From the NCBI GenBank assembly GCA_011109175.1, contig RDEW01000031.1, forward strand, positions 1-64,000: a DNA stretch of 64,000 nt. The letters run 5' to 3'. Positions 51,750-64,000 of this stretch are shown piece after piece. The notes beneath the pieces were generated by a model. It searched no databases. It saw only the letters and a program-made list of their open reading frames with translations, and was not told the DNA's origin. The DNA is from Dicyema japonicum. Taxonomy: Eukaryota; Animalia; Dicyemida. Position 1 is the stretch's first letter. The number at the start of each line of letters is the position of its first letter. A program made the position numbers and the translations under genes.

Positions 51750-53050
51750 ATTTTATGTTTTTTATTGTCTCCTCCTTTTTGTTGTCAACAATCCAATTTA
51801 TTACTTGGCAGACTGTTTTTTAATTATAACAATGGAAGATCACTTTTTATTAATAGCAAGGATTTAATTTTGGGTGGATCCACGAAATTCAGCTTTTACA
51901 TCCAATGAGGAGTGACTATCAATGAATTTGATGCGAATACTTCTCCAAGATAAATAGTACTTTTTGATTTTTAACAAAAACTCATCACATAAATACCGCC
52001 GAAGTTATGAACCCCGAAACATAAATGTAGAAAATAGTGTTGTGTAAGTTGTTTACAGTTTCTACACATTTGAATGAGGAAAACTAATAAAAATGAATTT
52101 ATGGCAAGCAAAAGTTTCTACATGATTTTCATAAGTACTAATGTGAAAGATATGGTTGACTTAAAATATCTTTGATTTACAGCTCTAGAATTCTGAGTAT
52201 TGCGTGAATTCTGCTGTTTGTTAGCAATTTTAGTTATTTATCCCCAAAGACTAACAAGAAAGGTTAGGTGATCCCAGCCTACAATATCTTACGAACTCTC
52301 CTTGAATGTTCCGACAGCGACTCAACTGCCTTCTTTTGTGTCTGCAGAGGAATTCAGTCAGAGTCCACTTCTACATGGTCGATTGAAATTTCTCTAGCAG
52401 CTGGGCGCTTGAAGACTCAAGGCCTCTTACAAAGTAGTAAGGTCGGGGCTACTAACTAACTGAATCCTATTAAAAGTTTTTATAATGAATTCATTTTTGT
52501 TTCGAGCAACTAATACTTATCTAGCGTAGTGTTTAGTGTTGTTTCTCATCACGTCATGAATAGCTGTTGATTCAATTTACTTGGTAAAAGAGATTCCTTT
52601 CTGCTCTTGCCTTATTAATTTTCTATTAGGCGATCTATCTAACTCAGAGTGCCAAGGCTGGCATCAAAAAATATATTTTCTCTACTCTACTGGAGGAGTT
52701 CCCAAAATTAAAAATATGATGCTTGGAAAAAATATGTCCCACTCCGATAGTGGAAATCTATTAAAAACTAATATCTGAATCCTGATTATCTTCATAATGG
52801 CTTCTGGACATTACAGCCACATCACTTATATGACAGAGGAAAATGGAAAAAATTAACGTTAAATATTGTTTTGAATGTTGCACATGCAGAATCATTATGG
52901 CTTTCGTGAAAGTGGCTTAATAATAATCACTTATACGATGTCCCATTCAGATTTGAGTGAACACTTCGTTAATAATGATTTTTTGATACACATATTTAAG
53001 TATTATCCAGGAAGAGAAATAGTTAATTTTTTCAAATAGCAATACGAAAG
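51750..53050 (-). other. Possible multi-exon membrane-protein gene, interrupted by LINE pieces
   Basis: Hydrophobic stretches (FPLSEWDIFFPSIIFLILGTPP; TIFYIYVSGFITSAVF) between short GT..AG segments; no full model. Confidence 0.25.
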
Positions 53051-53059
53051 GGTTCTATA

Positions 53060-55915
53060 AGTCTTAATATTTTAGAAATAAAAATAAATGGATTATCAAC
53101 AAAGGAGCACAAAAGAGATTTCCTGATAGGAAGGTACATGTGGTAGTGGAAAAAGGGGTTTGCCGGTAAAATATTGCAACAGAAGCATCCAAATCCAAAG
53201 GAATCCTACGGACGTTCAACATCTGCAAGCCTTTAGTGAAGACTTTCTTCGCGTGGGAGTTGAAACTCAACAGCCTGTCAAACATTAATCCAAGAATTGA
53301 GGGAGACTTTGTTACTGGTATCTGGAAAGACCAATGAATATTCTTGGATCTTCTTTTGAACGACGGTCTCTGGTGAAAAGCGTACATATTGATTCTTAGA
53401 CAGAAATCGTTAGTCGGTGGGAGTCAACCAATCGTAGAAGGTGTTCAAACTCGCCTAGGCATTAACAATTGCAACTTGCGTCGATCGATTGCGTGTTGCA
53501 ATTATTAAGTAGTCTGCGTAGGATAATAACAAAAAATTTTCGTCCCCGTGATTTGGTAGGTCATGGAGGAAAAGATTTAAAAGGGTCGGCTAAATGGAGA
53601 ACCTTGGGTATTTTTTGAGGCAGTAATTGTGATCTTGATCTGATATGACCCAGAATGTTGGCCAGCCACATGTTTAGGGGACGACTTTTGAATTAAAAAT
53701 TTTCCCAATGTTTACACAGTCCTCGTACTGCGCCGAAAGCCTTGTTTATGTAGATGGAAACCATTGTGATTCGTATGTGTGGTGGGGTGCCATTAAATTT
53801 ATTGGCAGTGATTTGGGATAATGTGGTTAAATAGGCAGTGGTGAACTCTCCAGCACGAAAACCGTCTTTAATAGTCGCTTGATGGAGGTCCTGCGTAATA
53901 GTAGATAGTATCAGTTTTTCAAAAGTTTTAACTAAACTTTGTAAAAACGCTACTTAGATAATACAAAAGATGTTTCCACTCAACATTAAATCATATTTAC
54001 ACCCAATATATACTACCGTCAATCTGCTACTGTTGTGCGGAATGTGGTAAACCTATCCTATACCAACCTAAGGAAATTAAACTCCTTCCAAGAAATAATA
54101 ACGAGGGCTCTACAAAGGTCCTCCTCGCCACTAAAGCCAACCCCATTCGAAGAACCTGCGAGGAGAACGGGAGCCGAGTTTAAACTTCAAAACTTTCCGA
54201 AAAGTGATTCATCCACACAGGAAGTGTGTCGGCTCTCGGGAGGAACACCGAGAAAAGATAAGGCGGCTGGTTAAGGAGGTTAGGTTCACCTGACACGCCG
54301 CCACTCTATTTTATTTTGTCGGTGATTCCTGATTTTAAATAAATAGGAGATCGTCCTTTATAGCAGGTTCTCCCTCCAGTTATCCAGTCTTCAAAACTGG
54401 TTTGATAACAGAGTTTTTCCAAATCTTGGGAAAATATTGTAGTTAATAGACAGCTTAAATATTTGGGTGAGTTAACCAAATGTATAGTGGCTTTGGTGTT
54501 TTATATGAATCGAAGATACTTTGTCAAAGTCGCAGACTGTGAGTTCTTTAATCTGCCGATAACCTCTGAGACCTGCTTGTCTGAGAATAGTTCTTGGTAA
54601 GGTTACTTTTTCGGTTTGTGGGCACGTACTTTGATATTCAGGTGTTTTGAGAATGTTTTGAAGCTGATCGCAGCACAATGTTTCATAAGTAGGTTAGGGT
54701 GTATATGACAAATGTGTTTTGGAAAAGCGTACCGATTCCTTCTGTATCTTCCAATTTTGATTTAATTTGTTTTAGTGTTTTCCAGAATTAATGGGATGAA
54801 TTTTTCCCGTTGAGGCAATTGACCAGGTGACGTCATAGCTGAATAATTTTATTTAGTTATCTGATGGTTTCGTGTATGATGAGAGATGAGTAAATACATT
54901 GTCAGTCTTTTGAATGGCCTAACTGATAATCTTCGCGGCCTCATTTATCGAACGTATTTGTTAAATAGTCCTTTGGTCAATTCAATGTCAACCAAGTTAC
55001 TAAAGCCAGACCAATCAACCTTCTTAGTTCTTCAATCTTTTCACAAGTCTGCAATGTCCGGCGTCTCCAAAATCATCTCAACATAAGAAGGATAAGAGTG
55101 GTCGCTGAAAAAACCATAAATCACATTCACTTAAGCAAGTCCTGCTAAGGAAAATAAGGTTAGATAGGGAAAAGTGCAGCTATCAGTGCTCCTTAATTGG
55201 GTTCTTGTGTGTAATTTAGCGTCATTCAGAATAATTCATACAAAAATACCATTTGCGATGAACTCGCCTCGGCTGTATGCGGACTCTGAAGCAAGAAAAA
55301 CGGGGTGCCGGGCATTGAGGTCGTCGAATATTAAAACGTTTTTAATGCTGAGAGACGGGGTAGATTTGGCGTGTAGGATTTTGGGCAAAATTCTTTTACG
55401 GAAATCGATCAAGTTATTGTTGGTAATCTCTTCCATGTTTCATGGCATAAAATTGTCAGAGCCTAGAAGCTCTGAGGTCCGTTGACTTAAGTCCATGAAG
55501 TGTATTCTGTTCTTTACAATTCTGAGTAGGCCTCTACCTGGCATTCTTTGACGGTCCTTACGGATCACTGTGTATCAGGGGAAGGATGGTGTAGGTGAGG
55601 AGGATGAGTTTGAACTCCTGGACGAAAGCAAGGTCAGCTTGCTTTGCGGACAAGAGTGCTCTAAGTTCCAGAATCTTCCTTCTAATTCCATTTGTATTTA
55701 TTTGTAGAATTATTAAGTATCCACGTGGACCAGGATTTGTTTCAAAGTCGCCACATTGGAAAATCAATACTCCGGAGCAATGATGAGACCAGACGAACTT
55801 GGAGGTACATAGAAGTCACCCAAATGTTGTCGAGAAGTTGATGGCTCTTTTCGTTCCTTTCGGAATGAGTGACACCTTCTCGAGTAAGCCACGTAAGCAC
55901 CGAAAAGTGAATCCT
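53060..55915 (-). mobile_element. Decayed APE-RT LINE with 2A-like peptide before the endonuclease
   Basis: CGDFETNPGP then LIILQINTNGIR..FVQE; DLNARH; SDH; DGFRAG; NKAFGAV; LSYADY; SILGLMFD. Confidence 0.8.
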
Positions 55916-56009
55916 ATAATAATTTTTTTTAAAACTTTCTTTAAATTATTTTTATTGTTTCAAATATTTTAATTTTATTTTTAATTAAAGTCAATTTTAG
56001 TGAAAAGTC

Positions 56010-56681
56010 ATGAAGTCACGGGTAGAATAAATGTGTTTATTTCACAGCTTTCTGCAATTTTGTGCTGTATTGATAAACGTATAATAACGAGCAAATTTCC
56101 AATTGAAAACGCTTACTACATAAGAAATGCCGGAAATTGCATTTTCCCTCAGAGTGCTTCATATTCTCAAGAAATTATCACGTTAGAATTCCTTTACCAA
56201 TCCAAATTGATAAATCACATATGTATCATTGGACATTCTGACTGTAAAGTTGGCTATTAAATATTTTACTTATTTTTACTTGTCCTTGACTTCTAGGCAA
56301 TGAACTGTCTTGTCAATGAGAATAACTCTTCTTTTTCAAACCTAGTCTCTTCAGTCGCAGGCGAGGCCTTGAATCGATTAAATTCAGTTGGAAAAAGTCG
56401 GCTAATAAATTTCTGCCCTGACAGTGATAATTTGATTTTCAAATTTGATACTTCTACTATTTTGGAATTTGTAAAAGTAGATCAATTAGCGATGGTCTCT
56501 ATTGATTCTTATTTTATAGGTTAATGTACTTCTTGGGATGGAAACCATTATTAATCATACTTCCTTCACTAAAGACTACTTGGAAGGTCAGCTTCTCATT
56601 GACGGACTGTTTTATGACTTGGATGCTGGGGAGTTAAAAATATATAACAAAAAATCATCGTCATTTATTAATTATAATTAA
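56010..56681 (+). CDS. Beta-class carbonic anhydrase
   Basis: LCCIDKR (Cys ligand, D-x-R), IRNAGN, IIGHSDCK|AM (His-x-x-Cys), QLAM|VNVL, GLFYDLDAGE; introns 56022-56047, 56249-56296, 56495-56519. Start codon is inferred. Confidence 0.88.
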
Positions 56682-56715
56682 TTCTTTAATTTTTAATAAT
56701 AAAAATTCAAATTAA

Positions 56716-59141
56716 ATGATTGCTACAAAAGCTGTAGATAAGCATTATATTCCAATTTTCGGATTTTTTGTCATTTCCTCTGTAGCTTATAGAATTTCTA
56801 ATTTTTAGTTAGTTCTATGTGGATATGCAGCATACGCAGGAGTTCCTATGCGACTTTACAACGGATTCGATAATCTTGGGAACACGTGTGGACTGAGCGA
56901 TGATGTGAATAAGAATCGTAGCAAAATTAACGTTAGGAAACCAAAGTTGATTTTATTTTTGATGTAAAAGATATGCATTTTTCATGAATGTGTCAGATCC
57001 ATATAAATCAATACGAAAATGTGTCTCTAAATGCCCCGACTTGACAATCAAATCGATAAAAGATTTTCTTGACTATTCCTCCCAAAATAATTTTGAGCTA
57101 TGTCTAATTCCTCCTCCCCCAAACATTTCGACATCGCCTTATATTTACGGTGCCGGAGGTTTCTGTCCTGCTTTACCAATTCCTAAGAGGTCCTTAAAAT
57201 ATTTTGATTTCTTAGTCATGTCCTGAACGGTTTTTGTTTCCCCTCCACAGTAGAAATGTTAAATATGAGTTCGATTGCTAGAAAACGAATAATAAGCTTT
57301 CACAATTATCGAATTCCATTGAGATTCCAACTTATTTCCGATTTATTCAAGGGCAGTTCCCTTTTCGTCGGATTAAATATTTGCTCATTTTTGTTGTGCA
57401 TAATGTTTGGAGTTCTTTTGCATTTCAAAATATCTGCCGTTACTTGTATTGCCGCGTGGTTCACTCCGATATTCTATTTAGGTTTGCTATTTAAATTTAG
57501 TTTTTAGCTTCTTTGGAATTTATTTGTGGATACTAATCGCCTCATTACGCTTCAATTAACTTTAAAATTCAATATGGCATTCCGCTTTTGTTTAATCGAA
57601 GTTGTTCTCTGTCATTTACTACAATTTTGGCCATTATCGCATTATCCTATCGACTTGTAAGTATTATTTTCTAGTATGCGATATTTTATGCGTAAACTAT
57701 TTGTAATTAATCTGAAGTATCATATTTAATATGTAAATTAATTTTTAAAAAAACAGCTAGCTAATTGGCTACTCTCAAATTGAAAACACATTTCCTCAGT
57801 GATTAGTAAGGAAAGGGCGATATTCGCTTTAACAAAATAATATTTTGCAGTTAAAATGCGCAATTATTTTTATATTCTCCTTAAAATTATTTTTAGATTC
57901 TTATGTTTTATGCTTCGTATTCCACCTTTCGTTGGTACCCTGTCTTTAGCGAATTTTGCCACTTTATAATGATGACTGTATTTTCTCTCAGAATATCTCT
58001 GATGGTTATTTGCTTCTCTCTTCTCATAATTTTCTCCATTTTCTTCATTCTGTGGACTTTTATTTTTGTTTACCTCGGCTCGTCAAGTTTTATTTTTGCT
58101 AAAAGTTTAGTCGACATTGTCCCTTTGGAAGATGGAATTGGACTAAACCATTTGCAAGCAACCTTATATGGCTTGATTCATTTTATTTCATTTCTCTTAA
58201 TCACCTCATCTCTGGTAAACGTCCTGAGACTTATTGTGTGCGATCTTGTCCTCAATTGGTACTATCTAATGTACTGAGATTATATCTTATCGCTTTAGAG
58301 ATACTAATGATTGGCGATCAAATGTGGACTCTTGTGCTAAAAAAGTCTTTCATTTTTATTTCGGATCGGCTGTTGCTGCCACGTTTTATTTTTCAATCAT
58401 ACCATTCTGTCGTGGTTTTTTGATTATGATTCGAAAGCTGATTCCTAACCAGTATTTTATTTTATCTAACACATAGAATAAAAAGTTTTACATTTATCGA
58501 CCAAGTAAGCAATATAAGAAAAGATGTTTTCTTCTATATAAGTATTTTAATTTGAATTAACTGTAGTTTCGCAAAATCTTGGATTTTATGATGCTTTGTG
58601 TAGTGTAATATTATTTTTATATTTCAGGCAAACTCAGTCTCTAAAAAAAGTAGTAGTCCCTATAAAAGCATCGACGCTATTTTCAATAATTTTTTCGTAC
58701 TAATTACTCATCTTTCATCTTCCATCTTCAATCATGCTTCTGATATCTACTCCATTTTTCAAGGTTAGGTCGTTTCAATCTATTTTCAGTATTATTATTT
58801 TGATTCGCAATACATTTACACTCCTGTATTTTTTATTGTGATTTTTTGTAATTTTATGTTTTTGTCCTTTGTTGCGGCTGTTGAGGTTTATTCATGATTT
58901 ATCTTAGATGGTTTGTAAGGTGATTTTTGCCGCGGTTATAATTGATAATAATTTTAACTGTGGTCAATTTGATCAGCGCCATGTTAGGAATGATTTAATG
59001 GTTTTATTTTTTGATTTATTTAAGGAATGTATTTCAAGGCTTTATGCTTCAATAAAAGTCCATAAAAATGGAATTGACGCTAAAGATTTTGATCATAGAC
59101 TTCTGCAAAAATATAAATTTTCTGATAATTCGCAATATTGA
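56716..59141 (+). CDS. SLC44A1: Choline transporter-like protein (SLC44/CTL family, multi-exon)
   Basis: RLYNGFDNLGNTCG, YKSIRKCVSKCP, CPALPI, multiple TM exons, C-terminal cytosolic tail; paralog assignment uncertain. Confidence 0.8.
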
Positions 59142-59230
59142 TGGAATTGTATTATTCAATAAATAGAGTTTTTCAATCTTTAAACAAGTTTCCTAAGAAT
59201 AATTTTTCGCAGCACTAAATTTTAATTCAG

Positions 59231-59285
59231 TGTTACGAAGCTATCGTCTGAAAGATAATAACTGAACGCCTCTAAGTTAGAATCC
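59231..59285 (+). rRNA. Isolated 28S rRNA 3'-domain fragment
   Basis: CGAAGCTA..ACTGAACGCCTCTAAGTTAGAATCC matches a conserved LSU motif (recalled consensus); no other rDNA nearby. Confidence 0.75.
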
Positions 59286-59479
59286 TGACTGGAACCAACG
59301 ATATTGTGCAGTGCTCTAATATTGCAATTATATGTTTTTATGCTTCCGTAGCCTTGGTGTCGAAGGCTATTCTAAAAATATTCACTCGTTCTAATATTTT
59401 TGATTTTATTAATCTTGGACGCATCCATATGAAGGAAATATTTGAAAAATGAAAAATTAATTAAACAACAGGTTACGGA

Positions 59480-62400
59480 ATAGGTACTACCAGTCCGCTA
59501 GTTGGCCTGGACTGTTCATCCCGGTACCCCCTTTCCTTGTTGACCATCCATTTGCTGGTCTAGAAAGTTATACATCCTGATATGAATATCTTCCCTGACT
59601 GGCCTGACAAGTTTGTTCTTTTCCTCAGTCAGGCCATCGTACAGTTTCTTCCCAAGGGATAGTTTGATCGCCGCTCGCCTTGTTTTCTCTAGTTGAGCGA
59701 GGATTCTCTCTCGAGGGGTTGTAGAACCATCCCTCGCTTCCGTAAATAAGTCTGAAAGAATCACCTACGAAAGACAAAGATCATGGTATCGCCATTCAAC
59801 TTTAGGCTTCTAGTGCAGAACAGTGCTTGCACAGCCTTCTTCTTCGCTCTTCGATGTCCTTCAGGTATGATCCTCTCCCATCTACTGCAATCCCCAGGTA
59901 TTTCAGAGATGAAATTCTCGGTATACGAAGCGTGTAGGGCTCCTCGTGATGCCTACCCAGCCTGCTTACCCGTAAGTAATTGGATTTTCCGTGGAGAGTC
60001 TCAGGGCTCTCCGATCACACCAATCTTACTTTGTCGACAAAAGCTCCTACTCGCCGCTCTGAAAGGTACGCCCTTAAAGAAGAATCTAGGATTAAGATGT
60101 CATCCACGATCTCTGCGGCACTCCTTTTTAAACGATATACCATCAGAATATCTTCCACCGACTACTACATAAGATATCCTTTCAGTCAAATAGTCTCTCA
60201 ACCATAGGAACATTTGTTTAGATATCTTTGATCGTACAAGTTGACAAAATAAGGCTACGTGCCACACACTGTCGAACCCCTTCGAGATGTCTAGGCAAAC
60301 AAGGCTCAACTGACTTTTCTTCTCAAATGCATTTGTAATTTTGTAATTTAGTGAGTGAATACAATTTCCGCAAGATCTTCCCGAACGAAAACTCCATTGG
60401 TAAGGTCGTAGAAAATTACTTTCTTCTATATACCGATTCAATCTCTTGAATACAATCAGTTCCATAATTTTCGATGTAAAACATATAATGCTTATTGGTC
60501 TATAACTAAGAGGATCCTTCCTCGACTTTCCAGATTTGAGGATCATCTTCACAATAGAACCCTTCCATAGCGGAGGAACATGTCCGAGCTTAAAACTCGA
60601 GTTGTATATCTTTTGTAGAACAAATAGTAGTTCATCGGACTCTTAATGCTGTCAAATCCAGGACCCTTGTTCTTGCACTCGCTTATAGCATTTCTGACTT
60701 CTGTCAGAGTGATTTCCTCTCCCAGACTTTCCAGCTCGCCCATTGAGTAATCCATAAAATTAGATATCTCCTCTGAAAACTTCTCAGGTATAATACTAAG
60801 AGGGTCAACTCCCTGTATATTCTCTAGCTGTTTCCTGAACACCGAAAGTCTTCTTTCCAATGGAATTGTCCTTCCCTCGTGATCGGCCAGCACAATACTT
60901 TTCGCCTTTAAATTTCCATTAGTAAGCCTTCTGTACATTTTCCAGAAACAAGGGTTCTTTCAGTTAACTTTTGAGGCTGCATTCTTCAATTTATTCTCCG
61001 CAGCTACTTTCCAAGCTCTTTCCAATAATTTTTGAATCACAGAAATTTTGCTTTTCAGAGTTGTCCTGGCCCACAAATCTACACAACGTCTGTGCTTCGC
61101 CATCAGAGTATTCCTCTCGCGAATAAGATTCCGTATTGTAGGTGGACAAGACTGTTTGTTCTTCGAAAAGCTCTTGGAGTAGACCTTCTTTCCATACAAT
61201 CGCAGATACACCAGCATAATATTAAATAGTTCCCAGTTAAAAACGTCCAGCTCCTCTGACGTAGAAAAAGAATTAGTCCTCATTCGTAGGGTCTTCGACA
61301 AATAGTAGTAATAATGTCTCCAGTCAATCGACGAGGTATCATAATACAAGAAAATATCTTCAACAATATTCGGTTCCAGGTTTATCACCTCCTGTGGGAT
61401 GTGATCTTGGTCTGTCCACGTGATCCAGAAGTTGTGGAAACACTAGGACCAATCCCAGCACATCACCGCCATAGTGTGAGAAATGGTTAGGTTCCTCAGA
61501 CGTCAAGACTTCAACTCCAATTTCGCTTACCAGATATGCTAATAGTCGCCCGTCCCTGTTGTTTTTGCAACATCCATAGCTCGTATTCTTAGCATTCAGG
61601 CCTCCTACCAAGATCGACAATGGGTTTCTCCCGAAGAACTCAACAATTTTCGCAGAAGATCGAATAAATCCTTAGAGTATAGTCCTCCCACGTTTATCCA
61701 TGTCATTCCGCATTGTACATCGACGGACACGAATTCCGAATCGGCGGTCAATAAAATAGAGTCGTTCCGTGTTTGCAATTCTTTACGGAAAAAGATCGAG
61801 ATTCCAGTCCAGCCAGCCAATGCTCCATCTTTCCACTGGATGTCTACCTAGTCATATCCTTCCATAATATAATATTTTCCGTGTTTAAGTTTTGTCTCGT
61901 TGACTACTAAGACATCAACCTAGGCATTCCTCGCAAGTAGCGCTAATTTACCATGCCTTTTCACCAAAAAGCGGGCATTCACCAGCACTATTTTTAAATT
62001 ATTTTTCATAGTTTTTGTTGGTGGCCTGCGCTTTCCACAGCCAGGTCCGCCAAATTCCGTAAATCCACTTTCAGCAGTGTATATAGGTTGTTCAGACGTG
62101 CGATTATTTACTTAGCTCCCGAGATACCGTCTCGGAAACTCCTGGCTTGCTCTGCTTAAGTTTCCGTGTAGCACTCCACTCCACCGACCCATCCTGAATA
62201 TGTGATGTGTTGGTCCACTTCATCTCTTGTGTTGGCTTGATTGCTTCCTTTCTAGACTCTGTCTGCATGGGAATCATTTTCTTGAATGCCTCTTTCATAG
62301 CAGGACATCCTTTGTAACGGGCATTATGTCTTTTTATTCCTCCACAATTAATACAATTTGTCTCCACGTTTGGAGAAAATTCACACACTACAAGGTCGTG

Positions 62401-63075
62401 TTCCCCTCCACACTTGAGGCACCTCTTCTTCATGCAATGTGCGGCGATGTGACCTGTGGCCTCCGAATTACTACTAACCGAGGCCTTCGCCATTGGCATA
62501 GGCTGCGATCCTCTTGACATTCGGGTTACCTACGAAGTTGAGGGAGCCATTTCCTGAAGGTAACCCAAGAGGTCGTCCTCACTTACCCAGAAAGGGATGT
62601 TCCTGAGGACAATCTCACACGGTCTTGTAAAGGAATGTTCTAAATTGGTGGTTGTCAGTTCCAAAAAGACAGGTCTCATTTATGGCCTCCATATAAATGG
62701 CCATGTGGAAACTGTCCCGGAAATCTACTCGGAAGGAGCCCGTCCTCTAGGCTCATCTTCAAAGATCCGTATTGGTCATAATATTGTAGAATATTCGCAA
62801 TTTTTATCGCACTCATAGTAGAATGAACTGTGATCAATAGAGTCCTGTTGTCTATAGGATCAGCTTTCATTGGTTCGTCCGTAGGTTTGGACACTTCCGT
62901 GGGGTCGTGTTTCGTAGGATCATTCGCAGGTTTAGCAGGTTCTGCATTATTCGGCGTCTTGTTATCCAAAACGAATGACTCAGCTGTAGCACTTCCCGGA
63001 GGACGAGAAGAGCTGCTGGCTTTCAATGTTGTGGCTTTCGTGGTCGTTCTTTTTCCTCTAGCAATAACCATTAAA
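59480..63075 (-). mobile_element. Near full-length, frameshifted Jockey/I-group LINE (ORF1 gag + ORF2 APE-RT)
   Basis: Three CCHC-type knuckles (62104-62520); EN motifs VNAR, NET, GGLNAK; KGPGFDSI, SYRPISII, FRSGRS, LDISKGFDSVWH. Confidence 0.9.
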
Positions 63076-63159
63076 ATTTTTTATTTTTTATTTTTATTTA
63101 TTTCTTTTTTTATTAAATAATTATGCGAATGATCCTACGAAACACGAATTTTAAGGAAA

Positions 63160-63365
63160 ACGTAGGACGTATGTCCGAAGGCTACAGATATTACAAGGCG
63201 GGATGAACAAACATCACAGAGAGGTTAAGCATGCCTGACACTTATTTTTTAGCTTCTAGCACCTGAACAGCAAAAAGGCTGTTCGGATCGAATGTGTCCG
63301 TACACATAACATCCCAGACTAGAGTTCTCTTAGCTAAATCGCATGGATGGCCGTTCAAGACTAGT
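63160..63365 (-). mobile_element. CRE-clade RLE fragment
   Basis: RTLVWDVMCTDTF. Confidence 0.6.
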
Positions 63366-64000
63366 TTGTTAATACTTAACTTGAGATGTTGAGTCAGTCG
63401 CCATTTTCAAAAATTCAAAATTAGAAATTTCACATTTGCTCCTGTTCAATTCACGACCAATTTTAGACAAAGCGGAAATCATGTTTTTCTGAATCTAAAA
63501 GGCGGTATTTTGGGACCTCCAAGGATCGTATCGTTAGATACCAAAATTCAACAGCGAATAAAGAACATAGGTAATTTTAAAGAACATAGATGAAAGAAGA
63601 GGTCCTAACGGGTCTTTTATCTGGACTTTGGAGGACGAGGAAATTGTCGAGGAAATTGTCAATTAACAAAGGTGGACTAGACTCTATAGAATTAGGTGAT
63701 CCAACAGAAAATATCGGGCCTTCTGTCTATACAAGGCTCCAAAATATTATTCTTTCTTATATTGTTGAATGCGTTCTTGGAGTCTTACTTTAAGAGAAAA
63801 TTTTCGCGAGAATTTTGCGAGCAACTATTTTTGAGTTTTACAACCGAACTGTACTCTAACTCCGGCTTAAAAATGGCTTTGGGAATACACAGTCAGGAAA
63901 ATAGAAATTGTGCAGGCGATCATGCAGCCAATATTCTGAAGACAAGGGCGACTGCAGTTGGAAGACTTTGCCTCGCTTATTATCCATGGTGGACAGAATT

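Noticed and set aside
56010-59141. Bacterial contamination or operon (beta-CA, also NAMPT and HtrL)
   Set aside because: All carry GT-AG micro-introns like the other host genes and are of invertebrate or eukaryotic type.
63400-64000. Possible RT C-terminal remnant (KGGLD)
   Set aside because: A single weak motif, too degenerate to assign.

Overview
AT-rich eukaryotic (animal-type) nuclear DNA, standard genetic code, with tiny spliceosomal introns (mostly 21-30 nt). That intron size suggests a reduced metazoan parasite such as a dicyemid or myxozoan (inference). Small islands of host genes sit in a dense matrix of decayed transposons. Recognisable host genes: ARP3, cyclin H, NAMPT, ATP synthase OSCP, a beta-carbonic anhydrase, an SLC44 choline-transporter-like gene, SMCO4, tRNA-Pro(TGG), a 73-aa PY-motif membrane micro-protein, and two inverted copies of an HtrL/YibB-like membrane-anchored putative glycosyltransferase. 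The mobile fraction is dominated by CRE-clade (RLE-type) non-LTR elements, including a PHD-finger-bearing RT element and a stacked multi-subfamily composite that occurs twice. Also present: APE-type LINEs (two with 2A-like motifs before the endonuclease), a tRNA-derived SINE family with target-site duplications, Tc1, pogo and hAT elements, and a possible intron-containing Ginger-like integrase element. Single-base gaps in homopolymers of conserved genes point to assembly indel errors. All family calls come from motif recognition by eye, with no database search. Most TE boundaries are approximate.
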